Source: Octopus sinensis (lineage: Eukaryota). Taken from it: a DNA stretch of 64,000 nucleotides. Shown here piece after piece: positions 40,167 to 51,605 of this stretch. The stretch's first letter is position 1, and every line of letters starts with the position of its first letter. The stretch covers positions 167,152,001-167,216,000 of the forward strand of contig NC_042998.1 of the NCBI RefSeq assembly GCF_006345805.1, read 5' to 3'. The position numbers and the translations under genes are program-made. The notes under the pieces are model-generated. The model was not told the DNA's origin. It ran no database searches and was given only the letters and a program-made list of their open reading frames with translations.

Positions 40167-40546
40167 CACTTGCGTCAGAAATTAATTAGCACTTCTCAAA
40201 TTTCTACATCAAATAGGTTAAATCAATTAACCTATGAGCTGTTCAAAACGTCTTACGCGATGAGAAAACTTAGTATGGTGTGATTTCGGTCCTTGCGAGG
40301 CGCTACCTATATCTATTAAACAAAGGGAGATTTGTCTGCATCCGCACTCCAAGTTGTTGTTGCACTGCTATGTCAACATCATAAGGCTGTAGACTCTCAA
40401 ACTGCTCTGCAAACAAAGTTTCGTCATCGTTCTGCGCAACAGTGAACTCGCAACAAAGCAATAGTTCGAGATATGGCTACTAGGTGACATCACATACCTT
40501 GAGTGAAGAGCAAATCAAGGGTGCTAATTAATTTCTGACGGTAGTG
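40167..40546. mobile_element. Tc1-like MITE (380 bp)
   Basis: TA|cacttgcgtcagaaattaattagcac ... gtgctaattaatttctgacggtagtg|TA. Confidence 0.88.
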
Positions 40547-40599
40547 TATACGCACAACTGATTAGACTGTTGAGGAAGAAAAATCCTAGCATCGAGCTA

Positions 40600-41010
40600 C
40601 AAGTAACCTTAGATGCTTGTAGATGCTTGTAGATGCTAGTAGATGTCTTAGATGCCAAGAATCCTCCTAAGTGTCCTAGTTGTCCCGAACAACACTGTTT
40701 TCTGCAGCTGCACTAAACAGGGTTTTACGCCTATTTCCTCTATCCATCGGTTCAGATTTTTATGCACCTTAATACGACTGGGTTACATTTTACCCGCACA
40801 TTCCATACATAGTCAATGGCTAGGTCCTGGTACTTTGCTATTTTTTCTATATCTCTCATATTGATTTTTTCATCATTTGGGACTGTACAGTCAAATATTT
40901 TGCACTTTCTATTCTCTTTGTCTACTTCTACTAAATCAGGCATTCTAGCTTCTATTACTCTGTCAGTCTGAATATTAACGTCCCACAACATCTTGTATTT
41001 CTTTCTAGTT
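40600..41010 (-). pseudogene. R4/Dong LINE restriction-like endonuclease (REL) domain and C-terminus
   Basis: LWDVNIQTDRVIEARMPDLVEVDK...IFDCTVP...EKIAKYQDL, then VLFGTTRTLRRILGI*; tagatgcttg tandem tail. Confidence 0.85.
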
Positions 41011-41024
41011 CATTCTAGCAAATT

Positions 41025-41335
41025 TGTTGAAAGGTGGGTGAATGTAGCGAGAATGGCCCGTATGAATGGGCCTACTCTGAATTTTGGCTTATAAACCAAA
41101 TGCGTTTCAAGAGAGATGTGCCTGCTGAAGTGCATCTGGCGGTCGGGATAACCAGAATGTGTGGGGTTTCTCGGTTGTCTCTGTGAGGACCTCCCCTCAC
41201 TTGAGGAATTTTATGTTTAATTGTTTTTGTTCTTTATTGTATACACGGCATTGTTAAAAGCCCAAATTGTCCCTTGTATTGTATCGTCCCTATATATTTT
41301 GTGTCCGGCCCTTGTAACCAATAAAAGAAATTATT
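41025..41335 (+). mobile_element. LINE 3' end (probably L1/Tx1) with AATAAA and (ATT)n tail
   Basis: KFVERWVNVARMARM...* followed by a UTR ending ccaataaaagaaattattatt. Confidence 0.55.
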
Positions 41336-41359
41336 ATTATTATTATAATTATTATTATT

Positions 41360-41406
<47 letters not shown>

Positions 41407-42271
41407 TATTATTATTACCATTATTATTATTATTATTATTAGTAGTAGTAGTAGTAGTATTATACAATACTTCTACAGTACAATCTTTCTAGCAAGTATT
41501 GGCTTTCTCAAAAAATGTAAGCAATTATTCAAACCATTCCTATTCCCATTCTCATATTAACTATTCTTATTTTTTAATGGAACTGTATTTATGATTAGTA
41601 GATAAGTTTTTCGCTACACATCCCTGCCCATCATCTTTGCAACAACTTCTTATTCTTTCCTGTGTTTGTGGTTAATGAAGTTATAAAGTTTATTGACATT
41701 TTGTACTTATTTACTTTGGCCTGTATTAAGAAGAGTCTTTTTTTTAAAGATTAATTGTTTCTATCTAGCCCGGAGTATCAACTTTGCATCTCAGTCTTGT
41801 CCGCAAAACCAAAGGGTTTGAACTCCTAGTGTCAATAGCGATTAAGACGGAAAATATTACAGGTTTTCCTTTGTTTTTCTATTTTTTACAGCCCATCCCT
41901 ATCAACGCTTTTCCTGAATAGCATTTAATTTGTATAAAACTGTAAACTGTTCGCTAACAATTGAATACAAGCACATATGTACGACTGTGTATATTAAGCT
42001 ACGATTTATAGTTAAGAGAATGGCATTCTACACATTAACATTTATTTGTTTGATTTCCTGTTCAGGGAAAAATAACAGACTATTGTATTATATTTTTGTA
42101 GATGACACTCTTACTGCATTGTACGCCTGTTCTTTGCTTTCTACTTATTTCCGTGTTAATCTAACTATGGAATTTCCTGCAAGGAAATAACATTGATGAG
42201 TCATATTGTATGTTTTTAAAACGCAAAACTTAATATGCTTATTGATAAATTGATAAACCTAAACAAAAATG

Positions 42272-42525
42272 TGGAGGCGCGTGGCTTAGTGGTTAGGGTG
42301 TTGAACTCATGATCGTGAGGTTGTGGTTTCGATTCCTGGACCGGGCGATGCGTTGTGTTCTTGAGCAAAACACTTCATTTCACGTTGCTCCAGTTCACTC
42401 AGCTGGCAAAAATGAGTAACGCTGCGATGGACTGGCGTCCCGTCCGGCTGGAGAATACATACGCCATAGAAACCGGGAAACCGGGCCCATGAGCTTGGCT
42501 AGGCTTTAAAAGGGCGCATTTATTT
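42272..42525 (+). mobile_element. tRNA-derived SINE family C with V-SINE-like central motif
   Basis: A box tggcttagtgg, B box gtttcgattcc, ttgtgttcttgagcaaaacactt, gcgatggactggcgtcccgtcc. Confidence 0.85.
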
Positions 42526-42689
42526 ATTTTTAAACAAAAATATCGTCGTACAACAAACAGGTTGAATAGTAGTTACACACAAAATTGGATATAAAAACTG
42601 TGACATCTAAACATAGATATGTATGTGCAGATTTGTATGTTTTATCTATGTATCCTCATGCATATATCTGCATATCTAGAAATGCTCGT

Positions 42690-43080
42690 ATATACTTAAA
42701 TCATAATCTTCTGGAAAGTTTTACAGATTTTTATAGTTCCAGTGGTGGACAGGATCTGTAGTCTTCGAATTAACCTCCTCCTTTCTGAATTTGAGAAGCC
42801 TAATTTCTCAAGATTGGTATTTAGGCAGTGAGTTACATATCCCAGGGCCTCAATAATTATAGGTATAAACCTGAACTTGTACTCTGGATAGAGTAACTGC
42901 ATATCTCTTAATAGTTCAGCGTAGGTATCCTCTTTTTCACTGATCTTCAGTTTTATGTTAACATCCGCTGGACAGCTAATTTCCACAACTGTTCCCAGTT
43001 TCTCTTCTCCATCCCAAATCATTATGTCAGGTCTGTTGTGCTTACATTTTAATGAGGTTTTCACTGGTACATTTCACCAG
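42690..43080 (-). pseudogene. REL-endonuclease C-terminus of an R2/R4-superfamily LINE (second family)
   Basis: HNRPDIMIWD...VEISCPAD...EKEDTY...IPIIIEALG (ORF 42696-43064). Confidence 0.85.
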
Positions 43081-43215
43081 TATTCCTTTGTATGTATGTA
43101 TGTATGTATGTATGTATGTATGTATGTATGTATGTATGTATGTATGTATGTATGTATCTATGTATGTATGTATGTATGAATGTACGTATATACAGACATA
43201 CACAGACATAATATG

Positions 43216-43274
<59 letters not shown>

Positions 43275-44078
43275 GTGTGTACAGATATATTTTTGCATAG
43301 TTACACATGCCCATAAGTATTTATTTATTAGTTTCATATTGAAAATTATTGAACAATAGGTTTGGTAGTAACAGGTTTTGAACGAGCCATTGCAAGTTAC
43401 ATTCTGATGATTGTCTTTCATAATGACAGCTGTCTCTCTAGCTGGCTGTCTTTAAATTGGGTTAAAATTTTTAAATCTCTCTAGAGGGGGGGGGGGTGAA
43501 TTTTTTTGCTGCAAGGGAAATTGAATAAATTTAATTTTTTAAAGTCATTATAATATATAAGTTACAATCTACTGTTGATTGTGTGTGTGTGTGTGTGTAC
43601 ATATATACATTCATATATACATACCCATTAGTATATATACATATACACATATATATGCACACACATGCACACTCACAAGCACACACTCACACCGACACAC
43701 ACACATATACATACACATATACATACACACCTATATATATATACACACACACACATACAAATAGTGCGATTGAAGTTTTATGTTATAATTCGATTTTCAC
43801 GACACTGCAATCTTCGGAGAAGAACTGTTACAGTACGGTTTGGTAGTATATTTCTAGTCGTTGATGTGGATATAGTCTCATGCTTGTATTTGTTCATTAG
43901 TTTACATTTCCTATTTCTTAAGTCTTTTTCTCTGCTGCGATAAATCTGAGTTGCAACAATTCTCATTTGATAACCGCAGTGGCCTCTAAATCCAGTCGAG
44001 ATAAAATTTCAGTTCCACAAATTATATATTCAACATATGTATTAAACAGTTCTTTCTCATTCATTCGACACAGTTCAG

Positions 44079-44163
<85 letters not shown>

Positions 44164-44779
44164 TGTGCGTGTGCGTGTGCGTGTATCTGTGTGTAAGTAT
44201 TTATGGATCTATAGGGAAAAATTTTACACGTTAGAGCATTTTCCTTAACTTTCTCTGTTTTGAAAGAGAATAAATATACGCAAAGTTTCGAACAACGGTA
44301 GGCTTGAATATGTTCTCTTTACGAGATATATACAGGAATTTAGAGCATGATAATAGCCGCTTAAATTCCATTAATTGGATATATATATATATATATATAT
44401 ACCCAAACTCATCTACATAATCTTTTACTCACCATATGTGGACCGCGGCCTGCAAGTCTAAGTTTTTATATAAGGTGCCGAAGAGAAGCATCACACTGTT
44501 TATACAACTGTGTTTTGAGGCGATTGGAATCTTGCAAACATCGGATTAAATTCTTTATATTAGGTCGTAATCACTGATTAGAGCTATCATGGAACATTGG
44601 GACAAAATAAAAGCTTCAGCCACAACAAACTATCTGCTTTAAGTGTGGATGACAAAAGGCAACGCCACATGCCATTCAGGAAAGTTATCCTGTTCATGCA
44701 CAGGTTGTTTTGATAAATGCATACGACAGCATAACCTAGAAAAGCATGTATGTGTCTTGTGAAGCTGCAAAATACTGAA

Positions 44780-45480
44780 ACTCAGGCAGTTAAGGAATGT
44801 TCTCGAATTCTTAAGAGCATCATTGAATGTGGCAACTGTCCTCACTAATTTGCTTTCATTGTAGATGAAACAGACCTTTTAGAGAAAGAACTGCCAACTC
44901 AAATTTTCATCTTCCTAAGAAGTTAAACATGCTTCTAGATTAAAAAAAAATCCTCTTAACACTTTACTTAGTGTTCATAGTACAGGGGACTTCAAGCTGA
45001 AGCCAAGATCCATTTATCATTCAGAAAAGTGACGAGCAGTGCAACTCCCTGGTATTTGGAAATGAAAAAAGATTTAGATGACAATAGAAATTTTTATTCA
45101 GTAGTTTGCTTCGTATCTTTATCCATTAGTGTAAAAATATTGCAAAGAACATACTCTTAAATTAATGGTATTGTTGATGCTTGATAATATTCCAGACCAC
45201 TGAACATTGTTCAGATCTCCATTCCTGACAAAATAGGTTAGCTACCAAACATCATTTTCTTACTCCAACCCATTTATCAAAGTGTAACTTTTAATATCAA
45301 GGCCTTCAAACAACTTGTGGATGGAACGTTTGAAAGAAAAAAGCTATCGTATTGAAGGAAGACCATCTTAGGACAATATACTGAGAATTGCATGAACTGT
45401 TTGGAAGAAGCAGTAATCGGAGGCATGTAATGATTTCCTGAAATTTTACGAAGAAACAATACCAGCAGTCATTAAGGACA
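44780..45480 (+). pseudogene. Tigger/pogo transposase remnant, highly degraded
   Basis: FIVDET(D)L near 44860; TLLSVHSTGDFKLKP near 44965; LMLDNIPDH near 45180; LPNIIFLLQPIYQ near 45245. These match pogo DDD-domain motifs. Confidence 0.75.
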
Positions 45481-45873
45481 TCATGGTACTAGTCAATCTA
45501 GGAAGAATATAAAGTGCCTCTGCGAACGATTTGAAGGAGTTAATACAGTTTCATTGAAGATCTACAGGAGTTAGATTAGAAACGCATCCAAAATATGCTG
45601 GGAAAACCTATTATAGAGAAAATATGATACTGAATTCCCAATACCAATGTTACGAAGATTGTGATAATGATAGACTAGTTTACTGGTAATGATCATGATT
45701 TGAAGTGCTGGAACAAAAAAAAAAAGGCAAGATGGTTTGGGTATGATATTCTGCTACTGTGAATTGCTTCGTGAAAGAACTGTCAAGAAAATAAGGGCCA
45801 TATTCTAAAAGTAACTTCTATACGACGATAAACCAAAAACTGAACCTTCATCCCAGTTATTGTCTCTTCAGTT

Positions 45874-46245
45874 CTATATTTAAGAGATGAGGAATTATGT
45901 ACATTATTTACATTATTTACATTATTTACATTTGCCGGATATTTGTCCTCATCTTTTTTGTTGTCAACACTACGTTTCGACTGATATACCCTCCAGCCTT
46001 CGTCAGGTGTCATGGGGAAATTTCGAACCTGGGTTCTCATTTCTCATTCCTAAGGTATTTTTTGATGCTATTATTATTATTATTATTATAATTATTATTA
46101 TTATTATTATTCAGGTCACTGCCTCGAATCGAACTCGGAATCTTGGGGCTGGTAGCCCGTACTCTTAACCACTACGCCATACGCTCGTGCATATGGCGTA
46201 GTGGTTAAGTAGCTCTCAGGGAGATTCAGTGTGGCACAGAATGGG

Positions 46246-46297
<52 letters not shown>

Positions 46298-46450
46298 TAA
46301 CAACATCAAAAAATACCTTAGGAATGAGAACCCAGGTTCGAAATTATCCCAAGACACCTGACGAAAGTTGGAGAGTATATCAGCCAAAATGTTGTGTTAA
46401 CAACAAACAAGATGAGGACAAATATCCGTCAATTGTAAATAATGTAAATA
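45874..46450. mobile_element. Head-to-head pair of a tRNA-headed SINE-like element with (AAT)n linker and Penelope-like hammerhead tail, flanked by 15-bp direct repeats
   Basis: attgtctcttcagtt at 45859-45873 and 46451-46465; arm 1 on the minus strand (head about 46190, A box tggcgtagtgg, B box gagttcgattc); arm 2 inverted; central IR 46164-46180/46193-46209. Confidence 0.85.
45966..46011 (-). ncRNA. Minimal type I hammerhead ribozyme motif (Penelope-type)
   Basis: GACAC CUGACGA A GGCUG-loop-CAGUC GAAA CG UA GUGUU; stems I and II pair; palindromic ACGU in place of helix III; predicted GUA cleavage at 45971/45970. Confidence 0.7.
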
Positions 46451-46469
46451 ATTGTCTCTTCAGTTGTGA

Positions 46470-46795
46470 AGGGACATGGCTTACTGGTTAGGAGTATGCG
46501 GCTCACGATCGCAAGGTCGCGAGTTTGATTCCCGGCGGCGCGTTGTGTCCTTGAGTAAGATACTTTATCTCTCGTTGTTCCAGTTCACTCGCTTGGCAAA
46601 AATAAATTGTACCTATATTTTAAAAGGCCAGACCATGTCACATCCTGTGCCACACTGAATCTCCCTGAGAGCTACGTTAAGAGTATGCATGTCTGCGGAG
46701 TACTCAGCTACTTGCACGTTAATTTCACGAGCAGGATGTTCGGTTAATCGGATCAATTGGAACCCTCTTCGTCGTGACCGACGGAGAACCAGTTG
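46470..46795 (+). mobile_element. SINE family C variant
   Basis: tggcttactggttagg...gagtttgattcccggcggcgcgttgtgtccttgag; 3' part resembles the 56860-57155 copy. Confidence 0.8.
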
Positions 46796-46974
46796 AATTA
46801 AAACATTTTTTTTTTGGTCTTTTCAGTTATAATCTCTTTATTCACAATTGTTGTTCCTTCTGTTAAAAATAGCTTATCAAGCTCATATCTCTATTTATGC
46901 TATCATATAATCGCCTCATATAGTGTTATTTAATTTAGACTGCATATTTAAAGGCGCGTATATCGACGCTTACA

Positions 46975-47243
46975 CGAGATATCGCAGAAGAAAGCAAAAG
47001 GAAAACAGAGAGAAGGGGAGCAGCTATCGCTGCCTAAAAATATTTCCCCATACTTGGTGATGTCAGTATTTATCGGCTGGTCCTGTTCATGTAAATTTCT
47101 GATATATTAAATGGGAGCAAGGTCACAAGAAAAACGCATTTCATCACAGACCGGTCGATCAGGGCTGCTATGGGGCTAAACAAGAACAATAGCTAAGTTT
47201 CATTCGTTGAGAGAAAAGAAGGCATCTGCGTGATCGTTCAACG
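46975..47243 (+). repeat. 269-bp segment with a near-identical inverted copy at 49630-49898
   Basis: cgagatatcgcagaag...gatcgttcaacg versus cgttgaacgatc...cttctgcgatatctcg. Confidence 0.9.
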
Positions 47244-48151
47244 TGTCTGAAGTAGTAACTAAGTTTTTCCTTTTATCACACCGTTATCCTAAATCAGGAA
47301 AGGGCACTTTAGACAATGTACTTCTATGTACACCAAAAGCCAAGATAATACACACGCTGTGTATTTTACGTGTTTCCATCATTAAACTGTGACCATGCTG
47401 GGGCACCGCCTGAACAGCTTTTAGTCAAACGAATTAACCCCAGTATTTTTTTTTTTTTTTTACGCCTGGTATTCATTCTATTATTCTCTTCTGCTGAACC
47501 GCTAACTTACAGGCCAACACTAACAGTTACAACGTTGGTCTGTAACTGAACGTAAACACACCAACACAGGTTATCAAGCGGTGTGGGGGACAAACACTCA
47601 TGCGCGCACGCACATACTCACACACACATACATACACACACACACACACACAAAGGCCCCTAGGACAAAAGCATCCAAGGACAAAAGGTCACATAGTTAA
47701 AGTGTGAAAGTGGACAAAAGCCCCACGGTTATATTTTTCGGTAATTTTTTTTTATTTTCACCTACTTGATTCAGTCATTAGGCTGAGGCCATGCTGGGGC
47801 ACCGCCTCGAAGAACTTTTAGTTGAACGTATCGACTCCAGAATTATTTTTTTATTTTTTACTTGTTACAGTTATTAGACAGCGGCCGCCCATGCTGGGGC
47901 ACCACCTTAAATAATTTTTAGATAGCTGTACTGAACATAGAATCTTTTTTAAAGCCTGATTAAAACCACTTCTGTGATATCTTTCGCCTTTTATTTTTGC
48001 TTTTTTTTTTACTTGTTGAGGAATTTTTAGTTGAACGTATCGACCTCAGAATTTTTTTTCAATGATTTTCAACCAAGGCATGAGGTTAAGCCTAGAAGGT
48101 CTCTCTACATGCTAGAAATTACAGCCAAATAGCTTGAAATATTTTATACCC

Positions 48152-48505
48152 CCTTTACTCTTTTACTCTTTTATCTGTTTCAGTCATTTGACTGCGACCA
48201 TGCTGGAGCACCGCCTTTAGTCGAGCAAATCGACCCCAGGACTTATTCTTTATAAGCCTAGTACTTATTCTATCGGTCTCTTTTGCCGATCCGCTAAGTT
48301 ACGGGGACGCAAACACACCAGCGTCGGTTGTCAAGCGATGTTGGGGGGACAAACACAAACACACAAATATATGCACATACATACATACATACATACATAC
48401 ATACATACATACATACATACATACATACATACATACATGCATACATGCATACATGCATACATACATACATACATACATACATACATACATACATACATAC
48501 ATACA

Positions 48506-48537
<32 letters not shown>

Positions 48538-49466
48538 ACTTATAAACAAGGGCAAAAGAAAAAATTCCAATGCCAAATATGCCGAAATATAGACTTATTC
48601 GTCAATAACCATATAATTTATCACTATAAGCACGCGTCTCGAAAGCAAGCCGATAGAAATTTCTTTAAAAATTTCGTTATTATCGGATCGGTCCCAATTT
48701 CTGAGTAAATTCATTTAGAATTTTCTCGTCATCGACGATAAGTCATGTGTACATTTAAGTACCCCAAATATATCCAAAATAGAAATTTAACAGCATACCA
48801 CGCGACATGTATGATCGAACTGAAAATTCTCATAGAGTGAGAGAGTCCGGAAGTGAATAGTATTAAATTTATATCTAATATAGGATGGCATTGGAATTTT
48901 TTCTTTTGCCCTTGCTTATAAGTTGTTTATGAAATTTAACAGCATGTTGGCCATTGATAAAATTTTTTTCGAAAGTTTTTATCCTATATTAGATATAAAC
49001 TTAATACTATTCACTTCTGGACACTCTTACTCTATGAGAATTTTCAGTTCGATCGCACGTGTCTCGTGGTATGCTGTTAAATTTCTATTTTGGATATATT
49101 TGGGGTACTTAAATGTACACATGACTTAATATTTACTTCTTCCATGGGTGCAAGTAAGTATCTCATTTATTTCCTTATTGTATTTATCGCTGATGACGAC
49201 AAAATTCTAAATGAATTAACTCAGAAATTGGGACCGATCCGGTAATAACGAAATTTTTTTAGAAATTTCTATCGGCTTGCTTTCGAGACGCGTGCTTATA
49301 GTGATAAATTATATGGTTGTTGACGAATAAGTCTATATTTCGGCATATTTGGCATTGGAATTTTTTATTTTGCCCTTGTATATAAAGTTGTTTATGAAAT
49401 TTAACCTTTAAAGGTATTTTTCTAATATGCTGGCCATTGATAAAATTTTTTTCGAAAATTTTTATC

Positions 49467-49511
<45 letters not shown>

Positions 49512-49520
49512 TATTATATT

Positions 49521-49602
<82 letters not shown>

Positions 49603-50043
49603 TATATACGACAGGCTTCTTTCAGTTTCCGTTGAACGATCACGCAGATGTCTTCCTTTCTCTCAACGAATGAAACTTAGCTATTGTTCTTGTTTAGCCC
49701 CATAGCAGCCCTGATCGACCGGTCTGTGATGAAATGCGTTTTTCTTGTGACCTTGCTCCCATTTAATATATCAGAAATTTACATGAACAGGACCAGCCGA
49801 TAAATACTGACATCACCAAGTATGGGAAAATATTTTTTGGCAGCGATAGCTGCTCCCCTTCTCTCTTTTTTCCTTTTGCTTTCTTCTGCGATATCTCGGT
49901 TAATGTTTATTGATATCTCGAAATGCTTATTGGTCGGCCCGAGGCTATAGTAGAAGACACCTGCCAAAGGTGCCACGCAGTGGGACTGAACCCGGAACCA
50001 TGTGGCTGGTAAGCAAGCTACTTACCACACAGTCGCTCCTGCA
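48152..50043 (-). mobile_element. Single SINE family A copy split by two insertions
   Basis: 3' half at 48152-48365, (CATA)n, insert at 48537-49474, (TA)n, 5' half at 49600-50043 interrupted at 49630-49925. Confidence 0.75.
48537..49474. repeat. Inverted plus partial-tandem repeat of a 465-485-bp AT-rich monomer
   Basis: Arms 48537-48886 and 48981-49389 are inverted; 48887-48991 is repeated directly at 49351-49474. Confidence 0.9.
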
Positions 50044-50455
50044 CGGTTATATTTTTTAGTTTTTCCTTTTTTGTATTTTATTTGTTTCAATCACTGGACT
50101 GCGGTCATGTTGGGGCACCGCCTTGAGGAATTTTTAGTTGATTTTCTAGCTGGTTTTCAACTATCACATGAAGTTAAGCCTAGACGGTCTCTCGACATGC
50201 TAGAAATAACAGCCAAATCTTTAAAACTTTTCTTTATATAATTTCACGTAAACAGAAACGGAAATCACGGTTGTAAAAAAAAAATTCATTTTCCAAAATT
50301 CCATTTTTTAAGTAAACAAAATATATTCAATCGAAAATAAGAAGAATAGAGTAACAGAACACACTTCAAGAAATGTGTAGAAGCATAAAACCTACATAGA
50401 TGCAATCGAGTATATACGTGCATAAAATGTATACACAGAAACACATTCACACACC

Positions 50456-50514
<59 letters not shown>

Positions 50515-51605
50515 GCGTGCGTGTATGTGTGTGTGTGTGAGTGTGTGATATGAAGAGAATCGAACTGAATGTGAAAGCATATTATCTTACCTACAGAAAA
50601 AAAGTTTAGAAAACTATGTCATGCTGACCTTCTTCCTAAAATTTATATTTCCAACTGCTTTTGCTGAACAAGTCACTTATACTATTTTATAGTAGTTTTC
50701 TCTAAATATATAATAAAGAACGCCAATGTGTTGACCATTACTGAACACAAAAAGTATAAAATGTAGCTTTACTATAAGAGAGCGAATGCAAAATCACAGC
50801 GCGACCAATGTCAAATTTGTTTATTCCCAAATTATTGGTCATTTATTTATAAGCAATTTTTTTTACAAAAAAGGTATGTCTGAGAACCGTGGGGCTTTGT
50901 CCGGTGGAATGTCCACTTTTATATTTCAGCTATGGGGCTTTTGTTCGAGGGGCTTTTGTTCTAGGGGTCTATTGCCCTAGGGGGCTTTTGTCCTAGGTGA
51001 CTTTTGTCCTACACTCCATACACACATATATATATATATATATGTATATGATGTATATGTGTCTTTCAGTTTCAGTCTACCTAATTCATTCATATATCTT
51101 AGGACTGAAACCGGAACTATGTGGCTGGGAAGCCAACTTCTTACCACACAGCCACGTCTCGGTTAATATTTACATAAAATTGCCGATGTGAGGCATGTCT
51201 CCCTTAGTACATGACGATGCAAGGAAATCTGATATAGGAATGTGCAATAACTAATCGGTGATATAATAAGATTATGGACGTCATACATTTCCTTATCAGT
51301 GAATAATGTTGAATTTATTTCTGTTTGTCTTTTTTTCGTCGCTTCTACATTTTGTCTTCTTCTATTCTGACACATAGCTACTATGTTGTTATATGTTTTC
51401 ATGCATTTATCACGAAATGTAGATAAATATTTCCTGTACGACTGCTCCTACAACCATATCAAAATATTTAAGGATTGTTTGCTCGTACTCTTTAAAACTA
51501 AACTTCTCTTCCTATTAACACCATAAAACTGTTTATTACTCAGGAAAAAAAAAGAAAAACATTTTGCAATTGTTATAAACACTTGTGCCATCTTCAATTT
51601 CTTTC

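Larger units (their letters stand above)
47655..51012. mobile_element. Possible TIR element bounded by inverted termini built from GGACAAAAG sub-repeats (47655-47730 and 50885-51012)
   Basis: gtggacaaaagccccacggtt versus aaccgtggggctttgtcc; right end terminates ...cctACA. Confidence 0.45.

Noticed and set aside
42272-42350. tRNA-like sequence (also at 46113-46190, 46475, 56860 and family A/B heads)
   Set aside because: A/B boxes are present but there is no complete cloverleaf or acceptor stem, and each continues into a SINE body.
49190-49260. CTGATGA as a hammerhead core in the palindromic monomer
   Set aside because: No stem II pairing before the next GAAA, and the inverted copy does not conserve the motif.
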